A stretch of DNA of 61,935 bases, the filler included, from Rhabdomonas costata (taxonomy: Eukaryota), in NCBI GenBank assembly GCA_019059605.1. It is 26 parts of 26 records of this genome, joined end to end, with 100 filler letters (N's around TTAATTAATTAA, not from the genome) between each part and the next. Parts side by side here need not be neighbours in the genome. Positions count along the whole stretch, not along the records: positions 1 to 2,286 come from JAHMHO010004279.1; positions 2,387 to 4,671 come from JAHMHO010004280.1; positions 4,772 to 7,056 come from JAHMHO010004281.1; positions 7,157 to 9,440 come from JAHMHO010004282.1; positions 9,541 to 11,823 come from JAHMHO010004283.1; positions 11,924 to 14,207 come from JAHMHO010004284.1; 20 more parts are not named here. One strand, written 5' to 3'. The translations under genes were made by a program, and so were the position numbers. Under the pieces are notes generated by a model that saw only the letters and a list, made by a program, of their open reading frames with translations, did not search any database and was not told the origin of the DNA. Shown here piece after piece: positions 1 to 12,311 of this stretch (its first letter is position 1; each line of letters starts with the position of its first letter).

Positions 1-310
1 GGGGTGACACACCACTGCAGGACGAACTGCACGTTCCCAGCGTGGTTGCCCAGCGGTACTAGCGCCGGCCCTTCAGTGATCTGCAGTGGTGTGTCACCAC
101 CTGGTCCATCACACTCAGGTTCCTCCGCTGCCTTGCCATTGCTGCGTGTCTTTCGCCGTCCCAGAACAGTGCTTCTGCGGGTCCGGGCCGTCATGTCACC
201 CGTGGAGGTGTTGGTCTTCTGCGCCTCCGGATGGACCAGACGTCGCAGTTCCTCTGCTGTCCACGGCTCGTTTGGGGCATCGATGCCGCTGTCCTCTCCA
301 CTCAGCCACC

Positions 311-1480
311 TCAAGTTCCCTGGGTACCCGGAACTGGAGGAGGAAGAGGAGAAGAGGAGGAGGTGGTGGCCGTTCTTGAAGCTGAGCATCGAGTCTGACG
401 CCTGAAGGCGGACCTTTCGGTGTGTGCAATTTCGTGACCGTCAATGTCGGTTGCAGCAACTCCGCTTGGGATCATCCGAGGTCGGACCTTGGCCACAGGG
501 TCCGCCTGGTACTCGTGAATGTCAGCGTGTTCTTGGTTGCGCACTGCTGCTCGCTCAGCACACGAAAGTTCCTCTCCTTGTGTCCACATCCGAGCCGTGT
601 CGTCCTTTCTTTGAGACTGCTGGAGCCACTTCCAGACTCGGGGGAACCATGCTTGAAGTTCCTTGATTCGAATGTCTGGTGAGTGCCAACGGTAGAATAG
701 GAAGCGACTCCAGACCGACGGAACGAGTCTCAGAGGATAGCCTCTCGAGAGGGCATTGCGGAAAACGGTGGCCGCCGAGTCTTTGAAATCTTTCATGTGC
801 AAACACGTTTCTTGGCAGTGCACCAGCCGAACCATCAACACGCCCCCGAGCTGATGAGGAGGGGCCACCGTACCGAGTTCCGGGTACCAAACGATATGGT
901 TGGGGTAAGCTTCCTCCCGGTAGTAGAAGGTGGTGTGGACTTCTTTTGTTCCGTCAGCTTTGGTGTCGACGTACACGTTGAAACCCAGGTACACCACCGA
1001 GTCCCCTTCTCAGGTGACCTTGTAGTCCGTGCCGTAATCTTCCGGCGCTGTAAGAGGAACACCTGCCGTGTACAGGTTGTCGATGTACCTGGAGACGGCA
1101 TCCGACATTCTCTGGCGTAGGTTGTAGGCGTGCTTCTTTTCCACTGGGTAACAAGCCAAGTTGGCGATTTGAGGCGCCGCTGGCATACCCATTGGCATTC
1201 TCATGATTTGGCGGCGTACCAGGCCTCCATTGTACGTGTAGTTGTTGGTAATGAGGTATGCGATAAGGTCACCAACCCGCTCCTCGGTGAAGCCATTCCC
1301 AGAGAAATTAAAACCGCACGCGCTCAACCGGAGCTTCTGATCGGCGGTTCACCTTCGACTTCCAGGGAACAGTTCACGTCATGCTCGTGCTCAAAGCCTT
1401 CCAAAATGGATTCCTTGACGTTATTGATCATCGTTGTGAAAGGGAAGGATGTGTACATGGTGCAGTCCCAATCCTGGCGA
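311..1480 (-). mobile_element. Decayed Penelope-like element (PLE) reverse transcriptase
   Basis: Ordered RT motifs DCTMYTSFP, YLITNNYTYNGGLVRRQIMRMPMGMPAAPQIANL, RYIDN (YxDD degraded), VYLG and a PLE-like thumb ending FRNALSRGYP. In-frame TGA at 1010-1012 and a frame break near 1325. Confidence 0.8.
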
Positions 1481-1887
1481 CCACCATTTCTTGCACTTTC
1501 TCGCTCTGTTTGCATGCCACACCCTGACCTCTGGTGGTTTTTTCCTTAGTCACAATCAGAGCTTGTACCCCAGACCTCCATCCTTTGGCTCGGAAAAATC
1601 GTCTCAGCCGAGGCTTGTGTCCAATCCACCCCTGCTCTGGTTGCTCAAACCCTTTCATTCCTTCTGTTTCTCCATTGCACGCGGTAATCCTTTTGCTCCC
1701 TCCAACGCCTCCTTGTTACACTTCAGTGGACGGCATCTCACCACTCACTCGTCTCCCATTTTCTCGCTCCAGCTTTATCATCATTTGTTCAACTTTCCCT
1801 CCCGTGCCATAGTTCTACCTCTTTGTGTCTGGTCCTTTCTGTTTACCGCGATACTACCTACCGCGCCGTGTTCCACCTCAGGTGACC

Positions 1888-2245
1888 ATGCCCACACTGT
1901 TTGTAGACGCCGATTTTATCCATGAATTGGGTTTCCTGGTTTCGTCCTTCCGGCCACGTTCCTTCGCTACAACCTCCACCCCAACATGGGTCACCTCGCA
2001 ACAAGACGCTGAACGTTACGCAGTTTTTCACGGCCTGCGCACTCCACCACCTAACCTTTGTTTGCGTCTTCACCGATAACTACGCCGTCTTTCACACACT
2101 TTCGAACCTTCGTGTGTCTTCATCCAATCCCAACCGCGCTCGCATTCTCCGTCGAATTATTTGCCTCTGCCTGTCCACGCACATACAGTTTCAATTGGTC
2201 CGGGTACCCTTTTCATTTAATCCGGCCGACGCTTTTTCCAGCCCA
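1888..2245 (+). mobile_element. DIRS/tyrosine-recombinase retrotransposon-type RNase H domain relic
   Basis: LFVDA ... QQDAERYAV then, after a frameshift, VFTDNYAVFHTL ... RILRRI ... FQLVRVPFSFNPADAFS. Order and spacing fit the DA / E / TDN / NPAD motifs of DIRS-type RNase H. Confidence 0.7.
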
Positions 2246-2286
2246 TACCTCATTCTCTCACACACCGTCTCCTACACAAACACAAC

Positions 2287-2386
2287 NNNNNNNNNNNNNN
2301 NNNNNNNNNNNNNNNNNNNNNNNNNNNNNNTTAATTAATTAANNNNNNNNNNNNNNNNNNNNNNNNNNNNNNNNNNNNNNNNNNNN
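2287..2386. other. Artificial contig linker N44-TTAATTAATTAA-N44 (first of 25, recurring about every 2.38 kb)
   Basis: Identical spacer with stop codons in all six frames between N runs; the intervening contigs are all about 2.28 kb, as in a size-sorted concatenation. Confidence 0.98.
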
Positions 2387-4771
2387 TTGTTTGGGGGGAA
2401 AGTCCCAGCTGGGCTCAACCACTATTGATGTGGAGATGACGAGGGTGCAGGGAGGTACTGCCAGAAGAACGTGCTGGCTGGAAAGACGGTCTCTTGTCGA
2501 TGTCCAAAGGTAAGAAGAGAGGCCTTTTTGGCCTCGAGGTTGTCTTTGCTAAAAAGGCGCGCGCAGCTCCAACAGAGTCTCGCACCCTGGGGGGATGCCG
2601 TTTTAAGGCAAATGGGGAGCCTATGCGAAAAGGGTCAAATTAAATGGATCAAAGTAGTTGTTTATATATACTGGTGATCCAAGAGGTTTTGGCACGTGTT
2701 GAACATCGTGCACAAACACGAAAGGCGATGTCGCAGTGTGGTGCGGGCATGAGAGTGCTCGGGCAGAGTCATATCGAGTTGCAGTCGCATGCACCTCGGG
2801 AGAGAACGGCGGAGGAGAAAACTCCCGCAGAGCAAACTCCACGTCCTCCCGCAATGCACGAATCCGGGCCAGCGCCCCAGTGCGCTCCAGAACCGCGGCC
2901 TGAAGGTCCCGATCGGGCCTTGGTAACCCCTCTCCACCGGAGTGCAAAAGTCTCAGCACATCAGCCACGGCGGTGCTGCATTGCTGTACCAGGGAGAGCT
3001 CAACCTCACGAAGCATCCCTCCAAGTGACGCAGCCAAAAAGGTACCGAGGAGTTTCAGAATCACAGCGCACATACAATGAACGACGAGGATAGCAGTCGT
3101 TAACACAACCCCAGAATAATAGCCCTGGCAAATGGAAATCGCGTTCTGCAGGATAAAAAACAAAGTAGGGGGGGACTCATGGGAAGAACAGCTTGATAAA
3201 GCATTTCGGGTAACCTGACTCAAGGAGGGAAAATCCACTGAGCTACAAGAATTCCGGTGCATATAATTATGTGTATTATAGACTCCACTTTAGACGAAGT
3301 TGCTTCGTTGACCTTCTGTCTCACAAACTCCCGACCAGTTGTAGGGTAAAACGAACTTTACTTCTTTTTCTTAACTTCACTTTGGTGGTTCAACCACATG
3401 TATTCTGGCCTCGAGGGTGCTGCAAGCACCGCAAAAAATTGGTCATTCCCACCTTTTTACGGGCAATTAGAGTTCTGCACGATTGCGCTAGGGCGGACTG
3501 CATGCGTGCGTGTACAGGTCGATTTTATGTGACAAATTGGATAAAAGAGATCAGAGCGATATCGGGCATTCCGGAAAAAACATCACGGGAATGAATTTTC
3601 TGGACTTTTCCCAAAACCCCCGGTTTCAATGCCCCACAAAGCCCATCCTCGCAATTGAACGCCAGGAAGAATCACGGTTCCTTTCCAAAAACTCCCAGTG
3701 CTTATGTCAGAGGTGGCACAACTCAGTATTCGGAAGGAGGAGGATGGGAGTGTGCTGTGGAAAGTAGAGATACGGAAGAGGGAGGGTGGGCTGCGGAAGT
3801 GGGACCCCGTCCGTACGGGGCTTCTCATCCGTCCCCTCAGCCAACTCCACTTCGGGCGAACTCGCCAGGCGCCGCGGACCCAGTGCAGAGAGCTTTCTTA
3901 AGCGCAATGATTTGCGCCCCTGCGACGGCCCAATGCCGTTCAACACAGCATTCTTTCGCTTCCGAAGGGCCTGCGGAAATGACTGCGGAAAGCAAAGTAA
4001 CATTGGAGTGCAAATGTGTTTACCATGGCATAAAAGCGTGCAAGGCAGCCGCGTCCATGCGGTGACCGGTGCTTAAAACCTCAAAACCAACACTACGGCT
4101 TAATCCACACACAAAAAAGCGCAACGGTGGGAGGACGGGTCAGGAGGGATGGGTGAATAAACCGGTGCGGCATTCCCATAAGCAATGGATCGGACCAACC
4201 ACGGACAACATCGAAAACAGAGCTGTGCCCCCCGTGGTCTGCAGGGCGGTCTCCGCCCGCAGCAGCGCCGCCAGCTCCTCCATGGTCATGCACTCCTCCA
4301 CCCGCCCCATGGTCGAGCTCTGAAAAAAAAGCGTAGCCGGAGTATGGTCAGACCTTCGGTTCGCAGTTCGAAATCCTTTGCACTGGGCAGGGGCTCACCG
4401 CAAGTGGAAAAGAGAGGGCCATAGCTGTTGCACAAAGATTGCTTTTCACAAAACCAAGAACAGAAAAGTACGGGAGTGAGGACGCAACCGAACCGTTATT
4501 CGGGCGCGTAATTTGGATAATCATTGCACCCCTAACCGACGCATAACCTTTCACGAGGCCGAGGGTTGATTTCGGAGGTAGTCCCCCAACCTTTTGTTGA
4601 AACACACACGCAAAATGAAAACGTGCACACCACAACTCCGGTGGGCGCCGGGGCGGCAAGGGTGCTCAGAGNNNNNNNNNNNNNNNNNNNNNNNNNNNNN
4701 NNNNNNNNNNNNNNNTTAATTAATTAANNNNNNNNNNNNNNNNNNNNNNNNNNNNNNNNNNNNNNNNNNNN

Positions 4772-5377
4772 GGATTTAGTTGTTGCTGTTGTTGTTTGGG
4801 TCTTCGGAGACGGTGATGCCTCGGATGAATGGTCTTTCCTTGTGGTTGTTGGTCGTTGCTGTGGTGACTGCGTTGTTGGCTCAGGTGTTGTTTGTGCGGT
4901 TCTGGGGTTGGGGTTGGGGTTCTGTCTCCGGGTTCGGGTTCGGGTTCCTGTCTCTGTTGTGCTTGGGGTTCAATCGCTACCATTTCATCCTATTCTTCGT
5001 TGTTTGATGCCATTGGGGCATGGGTTTCTAGGTATTCTAGAATGGTTGGACAAAAGTTGGTTGGGCTATTGTATGGGTATGCAGGTTAGTTGGGTGCTTG
5101 TTAGGGCTTTGGGTTGTCGTTGCTGATTCGGTTGGAGCTGGTGTGTACGGGTTCTGGTCAAGGGGTGTTGGATGTACAATTGGTGGATTTCTGCGCATGG
5201 GATCGTGATGCTGTTCTTGTTTGTGATGCCGGTTGCGATTGGTGGGTAGGGGATTTAGTTGTTGCTGTTGTTGTTTGGGTCTTCGGAGACGGTGATGCCT
5301 CGGATGAATGGTCTTTCCTTGTGGTTGTTGGTCGTTGCTGTGGTGACTGCGTTGTTGGCTCAGGTGTTGTTTGTGCG
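4772..5377. repeat. 127-bp direct repeat (4772-4898 and 5251-5377) in a strongly G/T-skewed region
   Basis: Two apparently identical copies of ggatttagttgttgctg...ttgtttgtgcg spaced 479 bp apart; the contig starts at the first copy. Confidence 0.9.
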
Positions 5378-8300
5378 TCCTTTGTGCTCGGGTTGGACTT
5401 TGTATGCTCCTTTGGTTTCTCGTGATGGTGATGCGCTTTGTGTTGCTACGGACTTGTCGTTGGTCTGTGTGTGCATGTGTTGGGGTTGTCTTCGGGGTTG
5501 GGTGCCATCAACTAGCTGGCTACGGTTCGGTGTGGGCGTCATCGTGGGTTGAGTAGCATTCCTGTGTGTGTTTGGTCCCTGATGGTCACTGCGTTTCTTT
5601 TGGTGGGTTCTCTTCCGGTGCTGGGTGTCGCGATTACGGGTGTACTTGCGGATGGGAACTATGGGGCGTGTGTGTAGGACGGTATGCTTGGGGGTGATCC
5701 AGTGTTGTAGCAGCATCTCTTTTGGTTCTTTGGGCATCCTGAAGTGTAGATCGTTATCTTACCCATCTTTGGCTTGGTGTCGGGTTCTTTGCGCGATGTG
5801 TTTGGACGTGAGGGTATGGTGTACTGTATGTCTGCAAAGTTCGGCATGGAAAGAAATGGAAAGTAGAACTGTGCTCAGAAGCCGAGCAAAAAAAAGAAAC
5901 AAGAAAACAAAACAAGAAATCAGTTCGCCGGAATTGATTGATCATATATATTGAGGATTATAAAATAATGGTTATATAACATAACCCAACCAGGTTTTTT
6001 GTTACAGCCCTGTATGGAGGAGTGAGACAGGGCCAAGACACTCCCCGCAATGCGGCCGACACTTTCACTTTCCCTCCAGCAAAAACCGCAAAAAGAAACG
6101 CGGTCAGCGAAACAACAAACCGCATATAAAGAAAACTGGCAGGTCTACTCAAACCCCTATCCTCCACCAAAGACTTTTCAACAAGCCAAGCCCACAAAAA
6201 TGAGGGAACAGACATGAAAAAAATTAAGAGAGCAAAGAATTCAGCAACCAATGGACATGGACAATGGACAAGTAAGGGCGCGCCGCGCCGCGCAAAGGGG
6301 TCCCGAAACGAAAAAGCTCAAAGCTCAGAAACGGCTCAAAGCGGCCTAAAAACGCGTTTTTCGGAACCCCCGGCCTCAAAAACATCAAGTTGAGTCGATT
6401 TGGGTCGATTTTAATTTTCACCCTGAACACCCCATTTTCCGCTCAAAATGCTCCTAACCATGTTTTTCGTGTTCTACGAGCCCAAAAATGGGGGGGGGGG
6501 TCACTTTTTCGGGCTGCACTCGACGTTCGTTTCATTCCCAAAAAACATGATTTTGGGGGGTTTTCAGAAAAAATTCGCTGTCGACGGAAAACGGCTGGCC
6601 GGGCCAAATTTTTAGCCAGTGCTACCACCTAGCCTTCGAGTCGCATGTCCGGAACGCATCCTTAGGATAGAGTAGGTCAAAACACCTTGTCCTGAAGTGT
6701 CGAACACTTCGCACAGAAACAAGCCCATTCAAAATGGAAAAGGCCACACACACAGACATTTTCCCGTTTTTCCGTATGTGCTAAAAACCTTCAGCTTACT
6801 ACGTTCATTACTACGTTCATCACTACGTTCTCACTTCGTTTTGAAAGCCAGTTTTCGCGCACTTTTCATACCATAAAACGAAAACCAAACGCCCCAGAAA
6901 GTCAGCTGAAACAATCACGCTTGCGACTAAATGGTAACCTCAATCTCGGTAGCCATTTTTCCGTATGTGCGTCTGGGGTGTTTTCCTTTCAAGAAAATGT
7001 CCTGGTGTACAATAGAATCTGATCCGGGTGTCTTAGTAGTGTATAGACTTGGGGGCNNNNNNNNNNNNNNNNNNNNNNNNNNNNNNNNNNNNNNNNNNNN
7101 TTAATTAATTAANNNNNNNNNNNNNNNNNNNNNNNNNNNNNNNNNNNNNNNNNNNNTGTTTGTGGGAAAGCGAAACATCAAATTCTCAGGACACTGAGGG
7201 CGTCTCTGTTTGTACTCGAGGAATAATCTGAGCCTCCTGTATCCTGTCCTGGGTTTCAACTTTTAGGAATCAAGGTTTCGATGTATCTGACCAGGAGGTG
7301 CTTGATGTTGTCGATGCCCTGCGATCAGATGGGAGGCTTGGTGTTGAGGGTTTGCTCTCACCCGAACACATCAGAATGGTGGCCACCCATTTTCTTCACC
7401 TCGGCGCCGAGCCCGTCGCCATCTCAGCCATTACAGTCTCTCCTCAGGTTGCCATAGGTTGAATGTTTATCTGGCAGTATCTACATGCCCCCCCCCAGTA
7501 GTAGGGGGGGCCAGCACCACACCCCGAGTTAGGAGGCGATGCACGCACCCTTAATACCGATGAGGGGCATTGCCCTCATAGCATTTGCAGGGGTTAGGAG
7601 GCGATAGGGGTTAGCAGGCTCCGTGTTCGCTTCCGGCAATGGGGGCCTTCTGGATACTTCTGGGGGAAGGGGGGCCATGTGGAAACTCTTGAGGGGTGGC
7701 CAAGGTGGTTACTTATGCCCTTAATGTTTTGATCGACTCTGCCACATTTTCTCTCTCACTACGTAGGCCGTCGTTTGTCTTCCCAGTTGGTGGAAAGTTA
7801 AGGCAATATGCCTTTGGTGTATTTCAATTTCTTCCTGTCATCCTTTTCATCGCAGGAGTTGTTTCGTGTGTAGTCAGGTACTTTTGGTTCTACCTCTGCG
7901 TTAAGCGCTGATCATCATCGCCAAAATTGATTTTCAGCTTTCTTTGCTGGAGAACTTTACGAGACTTTTCCTATGTCTTCTTTTGTCCGGATGTCTGGTG
8001 GCCATCGTTGTGCATTGTGGTTGCGCTGCTGTGCACTTTGTCACTTGCAGTAGACGGTTGCGCCTTAGCTTGTTGGGTTGCTTGTTCTTTTGCTTGGCAT
8101 ACCGCGAAAAAAACGCGGAAAACTCCAACACACTTGGAGGGTAAAACCTATTATATATATAGAAGAGTTCCGGTCCGCCCTTCTCCTGGCAGCTCTTATG
8201 AAGCTTAACTAGAGAAGGCGCTGGCTAACCCATTCTTGTGGCTACTTCGAAAAAGACGAACGATGCGGAGCCTACAGAAGAAGCCCGAAGCCCGTGATTC

Positions 8301-9873
8301 AGAAGATGACCAACAATTTCACATATTCCCTGGCCTTTTGCAGCAGCACAGCAGCAACAACCATCGACATGATTTCACTCAACTGAGTTCAAATTGGATT
8401 GAATTGGCTTTTACTGCACCACACGCTTGACGCACAGGATTGAGATCATGACAGGATTAAAGAACGTTCAACAAAGTTGTGGTGCACTGTATAATCATCC
8501 TTATCTTGTGTCTTTTTCTTGTGGTGAAGCAGTAGCACTGCCACCTGTATTGCCAATAGCTCCACAACACCCTCCTCCTTATTGCTTGCCTATAGTCTGT
8601 CTTACAATATGCTGCATATTACAGTACACTCTGCTTTTGCTCTACATTATTGCCTTTTTCTTTCGTACAAACTGTGAACAATATTGTCTGACTGCATATT
8701 TATTTCCGGCAAATGCTTCGGAATTTCGTTTGTGGCAAAAAAAAAACTACAAATGCTTCCGAATTTTCAGGTGGGCTTTTCCTGGTCTTTTGCAGGTTGA
8801 ATACCAGTGGGGTGTGGGGTTCACCAAGTGGTTGAACCGGGTGTGCGGGTGTCGACGTGGCGGTCCTGTGCAACAGACAACAGAGGTGCTTTTTTGTTTT
8901 GCTCTGCCTGAGGTCGTGTAATGTATATGGCATATTCATATCCACCTATGAACTATTTTCAGGGACCGCACCTGTGTGCTTCCTTTTTCGTAGCGCATTG
9001 TGAGTGCCACGTTAATTCTCCGGCTGCGAGAGAAAGAAGTGAGCGATAGACCATGCGGAACTCTCTTGCAGAAAGAGGGATAAGTGCCACTACCGGGGAA
9101 CAATGACGGCCTCGCAGCCTCGTTCTACGTCTTGACAGTCAAAAAAAGACCCAGGCGCTTCTGCTTTAGCCCCCTAATTCTAAGACTTAAAAATGATTCA
9201 AAAGGAGTGAAAAAAGTTTGAGGAAAGTTCTTCATTAGTGGTTGCGGTCGAGCCTAATACTACCGCAAAAAGGAAAAGTTTCTTCAGTGAAAACCGAAAA
9301 CACGTTCTGGCGTTTTCCCGTGCTTGGTCCACACGCAGGAATAAGATCATCCGTGTACACAGGCTGGGCAACTCTTTTTCCTGATTCCTTCCAATACCCC
9401 ACCCCCTCCAGTCCCTCAGATGTTCACGCCACCGCTAGTGNNNNNNNNNNNNNNNNNNNNNNNNNNNNNNNNNNNNNNNNNNNNTTAATTAATTAANNNN
9501 NNNNNNNNNNNNNNNNNNNNNNNNNNNNNNNNNNNNNNNNGGGGGTTGGTAAGTGAGTTTTAACTCCTGGTGTTTTAGGTGTTTTAAAGTCAGCTTTTGG
9601 GGGGAATGAGTCGAGTACAAAACTGCAGCAAAAACGTTTTTGCAAGTTGCACTAAATTTGCACAATTAGTGGTCGAACTTTTTCGCAGAGCTTGTTCCTT
9701 TTTCAGGGGAAAATGTAAGAAATGCGTTCTCAATGAACAGAAACCAAATGCCCGCCAGAAAACTGCACCACTCTTCGAGATAAAAAAGCTTCGGGAAGTC
9801 AATGGAATGTGAATTGTTTCTTTTTTTAGTTTTGAAAATCACGGCACTGCGGCACAGCCACAGGAGCAAATAC

Positions 9874-10438
9874 CTTTATTGTGCAAATAAAGGACCAAAT
9901 CGTCAGGATGTTGTTTTGCGTGGTGAAGCAGAGCACGCAAGGTGGGGTACTCAAAGCTGGTCAGAGGTCCGAGATACTGCACGGTTGCGTTTTGAGGCAA
10001 TTTTGGTAGAAGCCTTCTGTCGCCGACCACTCCAACAAAAAGCTTGGCGTAGCGCAACAACCCAGAAAGCTGCATGGCCTTCAGAATTCGTTCAGCACTG
10101 GTTCGGCTATAACGACGGTGAAGGCCAACATGGAAGAACACTACCAACTGGAGGGGTGGAGAGCCCCGAGCCTCGTGAAAAACGCCGTCCCACAGGTTAT
10201 CACCACTTGCTACAGGGTGGAACCTGAAATGCCCTACAGTACGGTTGAAGAAGGACGAATCCAGTTCGAGCAGCAGCTGTCGCAAGACCAGAGGGTCATT
10301 CAGCATGCGCATGGTCGCCCTCCCGCGTGGAGACCGAGCCGTCAAAGAAAGGGGCGCATGCTCCATCAACAGCGCAGCAACCAAAAGAGCCAAGAGAAGA
10401 CCCCAGCGTAGGCACGTCACAAGAGGCTTAAACTGCAT
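9874..10438 (-). CDS. Type II membrane protein, putative glycosyltransferase-like (EYPTL...LYLHNKG motif), first exon
   Basis: MQFKPLVTCLRWGLLLALLVAALL signal anchor, then VVFFHVG ... SGLL ... FEYPTLRALLHHAKQHPDDLVLYLHNKG, ending at an AAAG|GTATTT donor. Function is inferred. Confidence 0.6.
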
Positions 10439-11419
10439 TGACTTGACGGGACTGGAAAACGTAAAAACCTGTGCAGTGAGTAAGAAAATCGTTGCCTTGC
10501 GCAAAGCTGAGGAGTTCAGGACGTCCCACCCGACGCAGGCGAGCACACACCAAGGGGTGTTCTCACCTAGGTTTCGGTCCCAACAAGACCACCGCTGGCA
10601 ACTTCCGCCGTAGGGTATGGTGTTGGTACGGCAGTGTCGGGGCTGCGGTGTCACCTGCGATGCCGATGAGACCGGTACGACCGGCATTGCTCTCCGAGAA
10701 GCAACTCACCCCATAGCTTTCGCTCCCTCGTTATTTGAGATTCTATTTCATATGCCATGTGCCTCGCGAAGGCTTGTCGCATCCCCGACTGCTATTCTGA
10801 TCTGTCGGGTTGACCAAAAGCTATCGGCCACACTATTTGACAACATTATTAGCCATTGGCCTCCAAACAGTGTGGGTCAACAGGGAGCTACCAGCTACCT
10901 CACACCAGAGTGAGTGAAAAGCAAATGCTGCTGCTGTTGTTCCCCGCAATTCCCGGACTACCGATGGCGTGAATGGCTCGGGTGTTGCAGCAGCAGCTGT
11001 ACTTTGGGGTCGGGGCCCAGGAATGCGTGCTGTGGAGTAAGAGTAGAACGGAAGCGCGTAGCGGTGGAGTGGCGAACAAGACATTACGAGCGTAGGAGGA
11101 ACGAAGTGAAGACGTAGCGAGACACAGCCATTGGGTATTTTCTCTCTTACACCCTCAGCTTGACATCGGCCATCGTACCTGCGGTGCCCCTCCCCTTCAT
11201 CCCTCACACATGAAGGCGTAAGATGGCCCTTTGCATCGAGGCTAGGAATAGGCTATGAATAGGAGGAGGAATAGGCTATATAGCTAGGAATAGACGTGAG
11301 GAAGCAAGGATGATAGTAGGAGGGATGGCCGTAGCGTAGCGGAGGACATCCCGACCAAGTAAAATCACCTGGTGGCTGCTTCCAGTCGCTCCCCTCACCT
11401 CATCTTCTAAAGAAGGAAG

Positions 11420-11712
11420 ATGAGTGTAGCGAATGTGACGACCAAGGAGGGAACATGAGCGTAACAGAGTGAAGGTAATGTGACCCGAATGTGACCGACA
11501 GAGTGTAAGAGGAACATGAGGAACAGGAGTGTAGCGAGTGTTACGAATGTGACCAAGGAGGAACATGAACGAAGTGAATGTGACGACATGACAGGAGGGA
11601 ACAGGAGCGTAGCGAGCGTGACCGACCACGGGAGGAAAAACAGGAGCGCAGCTAGTGTGACGCCCAAGGAGGGAACATGAACGCAGTGAATGTGACGAAT
11701 GTGTCGTCATCC
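11420..11712. repeat. Complex modular satellite
   Basis: Shuffled recurring blocks gaatgtgac(g), ccaaggagggaacatga and aacaggagYgtagcgag. Confidence 0.8.
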
Positions 11713-11980
11713 AAGGTTCGTTCCACCACCATATGGAGGAGGTTCCACTCACTAAACATCAAACCAACACTTTATCTTGACGGCTCGCTCCACCACCCTA
11801 AGGTGGTTTCGCTCACACCACCANNNNNNNNNNNNNNNNNNNNNNNNNNNNNNNNNNNNNNNNNNNNTTAATTAATTAANNNNNNNNNNNNNNNNNNNNN
11901 NNNNNNNNNNNNNNNNNNNNNNNGTTGGTGTGGTACCCTAATGTGTACGATATACCTGGGTCTGACGCTTTCTGCGGTAG

Positions 11981-12311
11981 GAAGATTGTGTTGTGCCTAA
12001 GCCCCTTCATCCTCTCCGCCTGGGTGGCATGCACACGGACCCTGGACTATCGCCACAACTTCGACGACATCAGCGTGGGGTCGGCGATTGGGCTCTGCTG
12101 CGCGGTGCTGTTCCACCACTTCTACTTCCCCCCGCTATGGCAGCCCAACTGCGAGTACCCCGTGCCGCGGAATCCGCTGCAGGACCCGCCCCCCGACCAG
12201 CCCACGCTGGGTGGGGCAATCACCCCTCCTATGGGGGGCACCCCAACCTTTGGGCTGACCACTGGCACCGGCCCACGATGGGGGCCTGGAGCAGCCACTG
12301 TAGATGTCTGA
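11981..12311 (+). CDS. PAP2-family lipid phosphate phosphatase, last exon
   Basis: After a tag| acceptor: WVACTRTLDYRHNFDDISVGSAIG matches the C3 motif SRxxxxxHxxxD, followed by a TM helix, YFPP, a Pro-rich tail and a stop. Confidence 0.85.

Noticed and set aside
1010-1012. In-frame TGA in the PLE RT as evidence of stop-codon reassignment
   Set aside because: The element has other lesions, and host genes (PAP2, RNase Z) end in TGA.
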